From Hypanus sabinus (lineage: Eukaryota): a stretch of 64,000 bases of DNA. Each line of letters begins with the position of its first letter. The first letter of the stretch is position 1. Below are positions 23,391 to 36,300 of the stretch, in pieces. The notes under the pieces are model-generated. The model did not search any database. It was given only the letters and a program-made list of their open reading frames with translations, and was not told the DNA's origin. The translations under genes were made by a program, and so were the position numbers. The stretch covers positions 26,474,001 through 26,538,000 of the forward strand of contig NC_082722.1 in the NCBI RefSeq assembly GCF_030144855.1, written 5' to 3'.

Positions 23391-26078
23391 GTTTTATGGC
23401 TGATTGGCTTGATCTACATCCTCGTTTTCTCGCCTACCTGTGACCCCTTCTGCTCACTTGCTGCCTGAAGATTTGCCTGAATGATGGGTGGCTGGGGTAG
23501 ATTTTCCGTCGCGAATCATTCACTTACTTCATTCACCCACTTCACTTTGCATCGAAAATCCCTTCGACCATTCCGCTCATAAATACTGCTTCTATTTCTA
23601 CATTTAAGTAAAAGTGCCGAAGGTTATGTTTTAATATTAATTGACAGGGTCTTTGTACTCCTATCTTTCTTATGCATTTCTCATCCACCGATGAAAACAC
23701 TCAAACAGCCGATTCTCATTTCCTTGAATCGCAAAGTCACAAAAGCAGACCAATTCAGTAAGCAAATATGAAGTGCTATTAATATATTTAAAAATGCGTT
23801 TCATAACGTTTTCATTGTCAGCTCACCTCACCGTCGTATCAACCCTGTAGCATTATTTGCTAGAACTGTAGAATACCCTGCATACAAAATGAATAGAGTT
23901 TTCTAAATATAATAGACAAGCATGAGAGTGGATGACATTGTCATCCCTCATCTGGCAATTGCTTCTTAATGCCCTCTGTGGAAAAGCAAATTTCAGAAGC
24001 AGTGGCTACAATAAATGTATATTTCAATCTGCATGCCTATTAGAGCACCCTTTCACGCATGAATATTACACGATTTAATAAAAATTATTATGAAATTTAT
24101 GCTTACTCTCTTTTAACCGGTAACCCTATCAATGTTTTAGATGTTACTTAATAGACTCAAAAGGAGAAAAACGTTCAGTTCACAGAAAGATGTGTAATAA
24201 ATATTATAATTGTGTGGCCAAATAACTAAGTGACTCAATGGCAATACTGCTAGAAGAAAACAAGAAATAAGTGATCCTAGCATTTCGTAAACATTCACTG
24301 AACTGTGGTCCAACTCACACTGAAACAGGTATATACAGGTATTGAATTCACTTGTTAAAGCAACGCAGTGTGCAACTTAAATATAATAACAGCAAATAAA
24401 GTTTATGTTCCGTAAGGCAAGATTTGACTGTTTCGACCTGCTGGACTCAGAAGGTGGAATTTGATTGTCCTGCAGGGTAGGGACCTCCGGCGTGGTAACT
24501 CAACGTAGATACAGGGTCCGTACCTTATTTCCAAATCGGAATGAAGGTGGGAGGGCAGTGAGTGACTACCTTTATACTTTGCACTTTGTAGATGGAACGT
24601 ACAGATGACAGATTGAAGTATCATTGTTTATTCACAGCGTACCCTTTCTGCATGATGATGAGAGGTATCGTTTTTTTCCCCAACCAAGTTATTACATGCG
24701 CCTCTGGTCGAATCTCTATCGACGATTCTATATGAAGAGGTTTTCTCCAGAGAGGTGTTATACTCGTCTGTAACTAAAACAACGTGAAGCTTTGGTACAG
24801 CAAGATTCAGCTTTACCAATATTCAAAATAATATGTAAGTTTCGAATTAACTATAACACCCAAAATGTTGACAGTTCGAGTGTGCATAAGACATCAAGAA
24901 TGAAGTAGGTTATGGACACAGCTCAGTTCATGAGGAAACCAGCCTCCGATTTATGTAGTCTGTATACATTTGGCATCACTGTCCCCTCTGATCTGAGCAG
25001 CTGCGCCCCCGCGTGGTAACTGAAGCACACCCGCACACGTTGCTAATATAATGATAAAATCTATGTAAATATAATTCTAAAATACCCTGTAATTTATTAC
25101 GTTGATATATATAATCCATATGTTTTCCAAATAATAAACATACCACAATCATCACTGTGTAACATTTTAGAGCTTCAACGTACTTACATGGTCTGTGCTT
25201 CCAGTTACAATGCTGTTAGAATTTGTGACGGTAAGCTCAGAATAGAACTCGGTATCATTGTTAATAAACAGCCAGTCCGTACTTAATCCTTTTACCAGCC
25301 ATGGCAAATCTCCTCCCTGGAGGAATTTTTAGTCCGTGGTGCTGATAAAAATTAAGTAGGGAACGTTGCTTCCATCCCTCTAAGAAAAGCCACCAGGCTA
25401 AACAGGGCGGATCCTCTTCCAAGGCTGATGAAGAGCCTCGACCAGAAACGTTGATTGTTTCACCTCTCCATATATCAGGGGTTTTCAAACGTTTAATGAC
25501 ATGGATCCCCACCATTAATAGAGGTTAGGCGCCCCTGTCAGAGAATGCACATGACCTGCTGAGTTCCTACAGCATTTTGTGTTTGTTACTCTGGATTTCA
25601 GAATCTCTTGGGCTTTTCATTTGTTCTGCCATTAGCACTGACTGGATATACTGTAGGGATATTAGAAGTGTTGATGCACAAAGGGATTTTAGGATGCACG
25701 TAGCAATGACACATCAGGAGCCCGATAAGAAGGCGTTTAGCCTTGTTGCCCTGTCGGCAGAATATTGACAGGAACTGGGACATGTTGTACCAACGGACAA
25801 TGGCTAGGCCGGTCATGGAGTGGCGTGTGCTATTCTGGTCACCACAGATAGCACGCAGTAGAGTTAGGACGATTGCAAAAGAGATTCTCTGGGACATTGC
25901 CTGGGATGAAAGGCTTTAGTGGCTCGGAGATATTGGATAGACATGGTCTGTTTACTCTGGAGTATAGGGGACTGCGGGATAACCTTATGAATTTGAAAAA
26001 AAAAAACAATTGTTACGGACATTAATATGCCAGGCGCTCATAGCCAATTTCTCAAGACAGGGAATCCAAATCTAGAAG

Positions 26079-26894
26079 TGAGAATGCTGAGAAGTGTGAG
26101 GTTCTACATTTTGGCAGGAATAATCCAAATAGAACATACAGGGTAAATGGTAGGGCATTGAGGAATGCAGAGGAACAGAGAGATCTAGGAATAACAGTGC
26201 ATAGTTCCCTGAAGGTGGAGTCTCATGTAGATAGGGTGGTGAAGAAGGCTTTTGGAACGCTGGCCTTTATAAATTAAAGCATTGAGTACAGAAGTTGGAA
26301 TGTAATGTTAAAATTGTCCAAGGCATTGGTAAGGCCAAATTTAGAATATTGTGTGCAGTTCTGGTCACCGAATTATAGGAAAGATATCAATCAATTAGAG
26401 AGAGTGCAGAGACGATTTACTAGGATGTTACCTGGGTTTCAGCACTTAAGTTACAGAGAAAGGTTGAACAAGTTAGGGCTCTATTCATTGGAGCGTAGAA
26501 GGTTGAGGGGGGATTTGTTCGAGGTATTTACAATTTTGAGAGGGATAGATAGAGTTGACGTGAATAGGCTGTTTCCATTGAGAGTAGGGGAGATTCAAAC
26601 GAGACGACATGATTTGAGAGTTAGGGGGCAGAAGTTTAGAGGAAACACGAGGCGGTATTTCTTTACTCAGAGAGTGATAGCTGTGTGGAATGAGCTTCCT
26701 GTAGAAGTAGTAGAGGCCAGTTCAGTTGTGTCACTTAAGATAAAATTGGATAGGTATATGGACAGGAAAGGATTGGAGGGTTATGGGCTGAGTGCGGGTA
26801 GGTGGGACTAAGTGAGATTAAGAGTTCGGCACGGACTAGGAGGGCCGAGATGGCTTGTTTCCGTGCTTTGATTGTTATATGGTTTATATGGTTA
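26079..26894 (+). mobile_element. 5'-truncated CR1 with TAGAAG target-site duplication, nested in an older CR1
   Basis: ORF 26305..26811 RPNLEYCVQFW. TAGAAG occurs at 26073-26078 and 26895-26900, and the element is absent at the paralogous site near 44958. Confidence 0.92.
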
Positions 26895-27814
26895 TAGAAG
26901 ACATAGTTGTGAACTGAGAAAGAAAATATTTAAAGGGAACTGGGCGCTGCATGGTTTTCAGACAGAGGACGGTAGGTATCTGTTAGAGGAAGTGGTACCG
27001 TGCCGGAGGCAGGTATAAGAACGGCGACGTAAATATTTCGTTCTGAATGGATGAAACGGGTGGAAAAGCACTCTTCCTTGATGTACTCCAGCATTCAATG
27101 TTTTCTTTCAGCTGATGATCTATAACAAACTGCTCGTTCAGGTTAACAGGAAATTACAGAGAGCAGAGAATAGAAAGACACTATCGATCCCGCTGTTGGT
27201 ATCACGGAAAGACTTTGTGGTTAAAATTTACACCTGTTTCAAAAATCGATTTGCGGACTGTTGGATTTTTTAAAGCTTCACGTTTAGGTTACAGACAATG
27301 TCTTTTTAATATAAAGTGACTTCAAAGCCTCTTCCTCGCAACTGAATGTTTCTCATGTTTTTCTGCGATATCCGTGTGTCGATTCTACGGCGTGTGCATT
27401 CTGGGAAGAGAAAAATGAGAAGCTTCGTCACAAAGTTAAATAAAGCAGAGTTTTAAATTTTAACCTTTAAGCCTATCGATTGCTGACAGTCTTCCAAGCG
27501 TGAACGGTTACATCATTAACGCCTATTTGGAGAATGATTTCCACTTAAGGCAGAAAATAATGAAATGTAGTCTGATATTGCCGTTAGATCGCTCAGTGCA
27601 ACAAAAGAAGTGGCCGTTCTATGAATAAGAGGATATTATTTGTGTCATTAATTTCACAACCGAGATAGATTCTAGACTGACATAGCTACGTAATGACTTT
27701 GAAGTGTTGTCAAATTTGTACTAAAATGGCTAAAGACATCCGTTTGCTTCGAATCAAAAATATTAATCTAAATGGGAGGAAGACAAATTAAAAATTATAG
27801 CTTTATCATTCCAT

Positions 27815-28580
27815 TCGGGGCCACTAACAGTGAGGCAACACTTCACCTGCGAATCGGCTACGGCAGTCTGCTGTAGCCAGAGCTACTGAAGCGGCCTCCT
27901 CTGCATTGGTGAGACTCGTCGGAGACTGGGAACCACTTTTTCAAGCATCTCCAGTTCATCACAAAACGCGTGCGGGATTTTCTAGTGGCCAATTATTTTG
28001 ATTCTGTCCATTCAATTTCCGACAGGACAATTCATATCCTCTTCTGACGACTTCATGAGGCTACTCTCAGTGTGAGCGACCAACACTTGGGATTAAGTCT
28101 AGGTATCCTCCAACCCGAGGACTTCTCCTTCAGCTATTTTCCCTCCCACGTCACTCTTCTGTTCCCATCTCTTGTCCTCTTCTCTGTTTTCCTGCCGATA
28201 ACTTTCCCTTCTGTCCCACCTCCTTCCTTTTCCCGCATAGTCTACTCTCCTTTCCAAACAGACTCCTTATTCCTCAACCTTTTGTATTTTCAACCTCTTA
28301 CCTCCCAGCTTCTTGAGTCATCCCACCGCCCAGGTGCACAAGCCCCTCTCCTCCAACCCCTCAAAACCCATTCAAACTGGATTCATCAATCACCTTCCAA
28401 TTTGTCTTTATTTTCACCGCCATTTTATTCTGCAATTTCCCCCCCTCCTTTCCAATCCTAATGAAGGGACTCGGACCGAAACGTTGACCGTTCATTAATT
28501 TCCATGGATGCTGCCTGGTCAGCTGAGTTCACTTTGTGTGTGTTGCTCTGGATTTCCAGTATATGCAGAATCTTTTCCGT
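27815..28580 (+). mobile_element. Penelope-like element 3' fragment (GIY-YIG remnant plus terminal repeat)
   Basis: EQHLGLSLGILQP resembles the GIY-YIG C-terminus. A hammerhead-like relic lies at 28458-28485. Confidence 0.75.
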
Positions 28581-29163
28581 CATTATTAATGCTCTTTTAT
28601 CAGTCCTTTGAGAAAATATTCGATATTAGCTGAAAATCGGATCACTGAGAGCTAAAGGTGATGTGCTGTGTCTGACGGAGAATTGCTTCGATTGCTGCCG
28701 CTGAAAGGAAGGAAGAACGGGCATAGGGCATGCTGAAATCTGTTTGGACTTGGACTTAACAACTCGCTATGTTTTCAAAGACTTGAATGAAGTAATACAA
28801 GACCATAGGGATGGATATGAGTTTAAATACCACAGTAGTTCCTGAATATCAGCAGCAAATTTTTCCACAAAAAAAGATGCCCGCAAAAAATAGAGGAAAC
28901 GTGGAGATTAACAGTTAGTTGATCATGGAGCGTCAGGGACAGCGAAACAGATCTAACGTTTCTGATTGATCGCCCAATCAATGGTTGCAAACTAAGGGAT
29001 TGATGTTCTTTCCCACTCGTTGATTCTCCCTACTCTACCCAACACCTTTCTCATTATAGTATAAGTACAGTGGTATTTGCAATCCTTGCAACATGCCTGT
29101 AAGTACTTTTCAACTACGAAAACGTTCCTGCTGGCTGCGGAAAGATTTTATGTGATAAACCCG

Positions 29164-31390
29164 TGTTACGTACACCGTGACTGGGTTACCAAACCAGCAG
29201 AAATAGAATATACGTTGGAATCTGGTGGTACTGTTACTGAAGGTGTTTATTAGTAAACTAAGTAATACGGTATCGAAAATACAAATATACATACAAAACA
29301 GGTTTGCAATGATAAATACAGAAGTGTAGGAACAAGAATCAAAACCAAGCTCTCTCGTAGTCTAGGGGTAAATGAACAGTCTTAAGGTAATGCACAGTTC
29401 AGTTCAGTTTAGGTTGAGGTAGTTGCTGTTGTGACGTTGGAGAGAGAGAGAAACTGAGCGAGAAGTGAGTAGCTGCGTCAGGCAAACCTTCTGTTGTCGT
29501 CTTGTTCCGTTGTACTTATGTGGTCATTCAGTTATGACCCCTCCGTTCTCGGCAGGACCGTTCTTCCGTGGTGGACTCGTCACTCTGGCGTGAGTGGATA
29601 CACACACAAGCCCCCACCGGTCCTGCTGTCACACTGTGAGCTTTATGACCGATCTTCCGATTAGGTCCTTCAAGCCCCCACCTTCCTGTGGGTGCACAAC
29701 ACTGTTACAGTGTCTCGTCGCGTGTCTGCCGGTGTCAGAGCAGACCCGTCTTTTAACTCTCCAGCCAGGGTACCAGCCATCCATCAACTCCATGTCCATC
29801 AAACTGGCCCCTCCCTCCTGTCTCAGCAGGCAGCTGGCATCACTCTGTTGTGTCAGCAGAGACCCACACAAACAGGCCAAACGTCCATGGCGTTAAAGTC
29901 AGCAATTAGATAAAAAGCCATAATACTAAATCATCCGTTTTAATCCTTGTCTCTCTCGCTTCCATCTGCAACAGGATGCCTCCCCCCCCCCTTCATCTTT
30001 CTCGTTAGCAGCATAGATCACAAGGGGGTCAACTTCGGACCCTATCTCCAACTGATTTTCTCATCACACATAACATTCCCAACCTTAAAAGAATTTTTAC
30101 CGAAGAGGAAAATTCAATAGTAAGGCACATTACAGAGTCTAATATAATCCAAAAGTTGTCATTAACTAACAGAGTAACACAGATATACTTTCAAATCTAA
30201 CAGCTAGATAAACAATCAGCAATTAGATTGTCAGACCGCTTTACATGTTGTTTTTTAAATATCAAATTCTGTTAACAACAGACTCCAACATAATAACCAT
30301 TTATTTTTTTTTCTTCATGCTAGTCTAAAATACCAATGGGTGTGATCAGTATAAACTATCAATGGCGTCTGTGCTGGACAAACGTAAACCTCAAAATGCT
30401 GTAACGTCAGAATAAGGGACAGCAATTCTTTTTCTACAGTGGTATAATTTATCTGGTGCACATTGAACGTCCTAGAGAGATAAGCCACTGGGTGTAAAAT
30501 TTCGTCCTCAGCTCTCTGCAGTAGGACTGCCACTGCAGCCTCGTCACTTGCGTCGTTTGCCAGGGAGAAGGGTTTTGAAATGGCAGGTGCTTTTAACAGA
30601 GGGTGGAAACATAGTATAGTTTTCAGCCTCTCAAAGGCTTCTTGGCAAGTATTGCTTCACACAAACTTTTCATTTTTTTTCAAGAGCTTTGTAAGAGGGA
30701 GGGGAATATCCTCAAAGTTCTTAAAAAACTTCCGATATTACCCCACCATTCCCAGAAACCTTCTCGGTGCCCTCTTATCAGTCGGGACGAGAACTTCAGA
30801 AATAGCCTGTACTTTCGCCTGCACAGGGGCCAACTGCCCCTGTTCTACCAGAAGCCCCAGGTACGTGACCGTGGCATGGCCGAACTCACTTTTGGCGATG
30901 TTCACTGTGAGATTGGCTGCAGACATTCGTTTAAACAGTTTCTCGACAGCCTCAATGTGCTCGTGTGACGTATCACTCCAAACCTCTAAATCATCAATGT
31001 AAGCCCCTGTGTTCTTTAATCCTTTAATCACTAAGTCAATCGTTCTCTGAAATGTCCCTGCAGCGTTTATCAATCCAAAATGCTAGATATTATACTCACA
31101 TAACTCTGATAGAGTGACAAATGCTGAAATATCTCGAGCCCTGTCAGTTAAAGGAACACACCAGTATCCTTTTAGAAAGCCAATCTTGGTGATGTATCTA
31201 GCCTCACCCACTTTATCAATTCAATCATCCACCCTTGGGATAGGGGAAGCATCAGACTTTGTGATGACATTCACCTTCCTGTAAACTGTACAAAACCTTA
31301 CACTACCATCAAGCTTCGGGACAACCACGCATGGCGATGCCCACGCTGAGGAAGATTCCTGGATAATGCCTACCTGTTCAGTACACCACT
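29164..31390 (-). mobile_element. Truncated Gypsy element: 3' LTR (29164-30075) plus RNaseH and RT fragments, integrase missing
   Basis: RT NAAGTFQR...AYIDDL and RNaseH HPVAYLSR...YTTVEKELL. The LTR starts tgttacgtac like the one at 1629 and ends cataaca next to a PPT-like tract. Confidence 0.9.
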
Positions 31391-32499
31391 AATTGCAGGC
31401 GGTCATTTTTGATATCAAATTTCCACTGTCACCGGCTGACTCCCTTTACTAAACCTATTTGTTGTTCTTGTAATCAGGTGGCTAGTTCACCCTGGCTCCC
31501 ATGTCATCTACATTTCTATGAAAGCCTGTCATAAAGGACCTTCCAAAAGTCAATGAAGGACAAGTCCAGTTGCTGCACTCAGCCATTTTCTTCATCACCA
31601 CTTCAAAACAACTCGATCATTTTTTTTTTTAGATGAGATTCCACATGACATATCTATGCTGCGGACACTATTTCAACTTTTGTCTTTCCAAATTGTGATA
31701 GATTCTCTCTCTCCGATCCACTCCAGTATGCATCCACGGACCGATGTTGGGATCACCACCTTCAACTCTCCTTTTGCCCTTGCAGATCTTCTTAAATAAA
31801 CGCACATTTGCCACTCTCTAGTGCTGCGGTAATACACTCCTAGTTAAAGATGATGCTGATATTTTTGCAATAGGCCTTATATTTTCTCCTGTAGCTTCTC
31901 ACAATGTCAAAAGATACACTTGATCAGGTGCCGTATGTTCATCAAACGGACTGTGTATACACCGTGAGCATCCCGTTCCACCCACGCCTCCATTTTTCTC
32001 GTGTGCATCTGTTAAAAAATTAATGTGTTTTTCCCCTAAATCCCTTAGCTTCCAGGATTTTCACCACAGTGATGGGAAATAATAATTTACAACTCCGTCA
32101 TCCTGATTATTCAGTCGCTATTTCCTCATTTCCTCTTACTTTATATTCAGAAGTTGTATAATGCTACCTTTGTACTCTTATGATTTCCGGCAGGTGTACT
32201 ATAAGGCAGCTCATATTTCTGTCGGGAATTGCTTGAACCCATTTCCTATAGATGATGCAGGTCTCCGTTCACCGGAACAATATCTCATTATCCTTGTGAT
32301 GCTAGATTCTCTAATCCTGTTTGTCTTCCCATTCTCTTTACCAGTATCACTCATGCATATTAGCGACAGTTAATAGCGGGTATCGCCTTGAAGTAAGAGC
32401 AGAAAAATATAAATGAGATTGCGAGCAATTACATCACGTCGAGAGTGGAAGGCGGCTTGGCAGTGCTACATCAATGTGTTGATTGGTTCACAACAGTTA

Positions 32500-33200
32500 A
32501 CGGATATTCAAACATGGCCACGAGGCGGCAAAAAAAAACAAAAAACGATGTGGACCACGTCTGATCAGATAGAATTATTATTGATACAGACATCATTGTT
32601 CGAAAGACATTTTCCTGTGCTGTACTAGAATTGCTTAACGGTTAAGAATCAATAACGGGCTGTGACTTTTATCATTTAGACGTAGTGAACCGGGAAGGCC
32701 TGGGACACAGGAAACTACCCGTGCGAATTCGGAACGGCCATATGGTGATATGTGGAAGTGGTAAAGGACTAAATGAGACGCAATCTGATAGGAGAGGACA
32801 TTGGACCGTTAGAGAAAGTGAAGGACGAACAGCAGCAAAGTTAGGTGAGGGGAACAGAAGGGATAAAAAGAGACCCAGAACGGGAAATGAATGAGAGAAA
32901 TTACTGAAATTTAGAGAAATCAGTGTTCATATCAGCGGATTGGAGGCTACCGAGACGGAATATAGATCCACCTATCAGGTGCCATCTCCTTATGTCCCCC
33001 TCCCGCCACTTATCAGCTGCCAGCTTATACGCGTTTCCCTCCCCTATCTCCTTATGGTGGCTTCTTCCCCTTTCCTTTGCAGTGCTGAAGGAGGATCTTA
33101 CCCCAAATCGTGGACATTTTATTTCTCATCATTGATGCTGAGCCCCGCTAGCGTTTATCTGTATTCTTCGGGATTTCCTGTATCTGCAGCATTTCCTATA
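32500..33200. mobile_element. Penelope-like fragments in inverted arrangement upstream of the leader exon
   Basis: Reverse complement of the GIY-YIG end at about 32900-32970, followed by a forward terminal-repeat tail ending gtatctgcagc. Confidence 0.55.
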
Positions 33201-33306
33201 TTCAAGGCATCGACGTAGCCTTAACCATGTGACAACATAAATAATGATCACTTGATTATTACATCCAATGAATTTCTATCTTTCAGACAGACCACTCTCA
33301 TTAGCA

Positions 33307-33361
33307 ATGTCGGTGGATGCAAACGTTTGGTGCGTGGTCCTTCTCGTCGCGTTTTGGCCAG
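33307..33361 (+). CDS. Exon: signal peptide [18 protein letters not shown]
   Basis: ATG at 33307, hydrophobic core, phase-1 donor CAG|GTACGC at 33362. An acceptor-like TTTCAG ending at 33286 suggests an upstream non-coding exon. Confidence 0.8.
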
Positions 33362-36300
33362 GTACGCTTAAATTTTTTGTGCCCAATCTACGAAACAAAT
33401 ATGTTATAACATTATACATTTGCTGCACGCAGCAAATTTAGCTATAGCAAATATCCATTTTGCTGCCTATTTTTGTCTGTTGATTCTTTGTACAGTGAAT
33501 GCAACTGTTTTCATCATTTTCACTTATGCTTTGTCAGCCACAAAAGGAACTTCGCCCAAAGTGGAACAATTCCCTCCAACCTTAAAAGTCTCAATCGGTG
33601 GAAATGGATCCATGTACTGCAAATTTCCAATGCTACAAGATACTGCTGAAGTATCGTGGTGGAAGGAGGGTCAGAAGACAGTTTTAGAACCAGACAGCAG
33701 AAATCAGTTCAATGTAAAGAAAGGCAGGGGCACATTTACCCTTCTGAATGTGACGTACACAGACGTCGGCGTGTATTACTGTCAAGTCGAAAGTCAACAA
33801 CAAATATTGGGAAATGGAAGTGGCTCTCGGCTTATTGTGTTAAGTAAGTGTCTTTATTCCTGGAAGTGGAGAATTCTCATCACTTTGCATTTTAGGAAAA
33901 GCTAGGATTGTGGTAATGTGAAATGGTATTGCTGGTTTAGAATTTGTGTCACTAATTTGCTTTACATCTTTAAGAGAAAGGAAAAGATCATTATAGATCT
34001 TTTCGGATTGTAATGTTTATTATTTCGATGCGATTCTGGAGATTAACTTTTGCTCCAATTTTGTTTAGACCGTTGATATTTCCAACCATATTTTTGTTAT
34101 GCCTATATTCCTACACAACGTTCCACCGTGTCCTCGACTTGACCTATTCCTCAAACAGGCCCTACAACTTTATCAGTCAAATGCTTTTAACAGCGGATGA
34201 ACTGAACCACCTAATTTTTCGACGTCGAATTTGATTCGGGTTCACTTGGGAGCTGTAGACAGATTGTGTTGAAGGGCAAATCACAAGCCATCTAATTCAA
34301 AGCGAAGCATTTCCAAGGCTAAACGACATCTGCCGTTCTTCAGCCTGTTTTAGTAATACCACGTCACAACGAAATTCACCGATTTCGACCCTGCAGTTGC
34401 TGAAACGCATAGCTACAAATACTTATAAGTAATTAATAAACATCGTTCACTCTGCCAAACTCTCGATGAACTTTTGGGGTACGATGAATATCGAAACACC
34501 GTAATCAACAATTCAGTAAATTCACAGAGGAATATATTCACCTTCCATCTAAAGCCCAAAGGCAAACAAAGCCACTTCGTTAATGTCAGTTACGGGACAT
34601 GTGCGTAAAACCTATACAGTGAAAAACACAGCTTGTTACGTGTGCTGCTCCACAGTGGCGCTCCCATTAATACCAACATAGTTATGCAGATTCACTGCCT
34701 CTCATGTTGCACTCATACAAAATTGACCTTGTAAGAGCAGAGTTAGGGACAACAATGGTCAGTTTGAAGAAGAAATAAAGTCAATCGTAGCTCGCGCTAA
34801 GTCTGCTGCGTTTATTCCAAACAGGCTTGCATTCCACACCTGCCTCCAGCACATCTGTTTTGTCATGTTTACAAGCCCCCTGAAACAATTAAAAAATGAC
34901 AAACTGAGTCGATTTTAAACGGCCGCATTGATAACAATTGAAAATGGTAGCGTGAGACGGAGAGTATGTACGATCAAATACTAGCTAAATATTCTACGTC
35001 CGTTTTATTCTTTTGTAGCTCCGCCAACTCCGCTGAAAATCATTCATGTTCAAGAAGCATCATCTAAACTCCGGAAACTCATGTGTAAAACTGCAGCATT
35101 TTATCCGAAACAAATAAACATCTTTTGGCGAAGAAATAATATTGAAATTCTAACCAAAATAGAAACGTCAATAAATGAGACTTCAGAAGGATTTTATGAG
35201 GCTTCCAGTACTTTGGAGTATGCGCAGCCTGCTCTGGGAAAAGTGGTTTACACCTGCCTGGTATCTCATGAAACACTAGAAATTCCTGCCACTTTCAGCT
35301 ATGTTATTGAACAAGGTAAGACTGGAAGCATTCAGGCTCCAACCTGAATGAGAATATGCCTGGCGAGCTGTACAAACACAAGAAAGAAAATATGAAATCT
35401 CATTTCTTTTTCCAACTGTGGTTGTGGATAGGGTTTGTTTTAAATAAGTAGTATGGGAGTTGGTTCAGCAGATTGGAGAGGTATCGATAAAGTAAAAGAG
35501 AAAAGTGCAGATAAAGATAAAGTAAAAGCAAAAGTTGGAAAAAGAGAATAGTAAGGGTGGAATGCAGAAAATCCAGGTAATACGGAAGGATAGGCAGGAA
35601 GGGAAGGGAGATGGGGAAACGTTCTCAATTAAAGATGAGATCCGTGAGAGACGATATAATTTCTCAGGTACAAAATGCTGTATCCATCTGGGTAGAGATT
35701 AGGAATAGTAAAGCAATAAAGGAAGGAAAGATCAATTATGGATTTACAGAAGTCGTTCGATAAGGTCCCACATAAAAGACCTATCCATAAGATAAGAATG
35801 CATAGAGTTGGGGGTGATATATTAACATGGATGGAGAAATATCCAGCAAATAAAAAGCAGACAGTTGGGATACATGTGTGTTCCTCTGGTTGGCTATCAG
35901 TGGTGTACCTAAGTTTGCCGATGACTCTAAACTGAGTGGACAAACAAATTGTGTAGAGGATATAGATATGTTAAGTGAGTGGGCAAGAGTCTGGCAGATG
36001 GAGTATAATGTTGGTAAATGCAAGGTCATCTACTTCGGAAGGAAAAATGAAGATCAAATTATTAATTAAATGGTTGCAGCATACTTCTGTGCTGGGAGTA
36101 CTTGTGCATGAATCGTAAAAGGTTGGTTCGGTGTTGCAGTAGGGTATCAAGAAGGTAAATGGATTGATGGTTTTCTGTGCTAGAGTGACCGAATTTAAGA
36201 GCAAGGAAGTTACGCTGCAAAAGTATAGGGTACTAATGAGGCCACATCTAAAGTACTGCGTGCAGTTCTGGTGTTCTTACTTGAGAAAGGAGAGACTGGT

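Larger units (their letters stand above)
15640..32400 (+). repeat. Segmental duplication copy A (paralogous to 42270-49060)
   Basis: Collinear diverged matches: 15640-16250 with 42270-42700, 24240-25960 with 43120-44900, 27000-28600 with 45000-46850, and 32040-32400 with 48660-49020. Confidence 0.85.

Noticed and set aside
33420-33905. ORF-track 161-aa protein with a long hydrophobic N-terminus as a single-exon gene
   Set aside because: Both ends are intronic read-through. Splice sites delimit a 306-nt V exon joined to the leader at 33307.
34651-34678. CACAGTG heptamer in the V-C1 intron (also at 32067) as a possible RSS
   Set aside because: The 12-spacer nonamer ATACCAACA matches ACAAAAACC at only 5/9, and the site is about 800 bp from any coding end. 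The V already contains its J-like strand.
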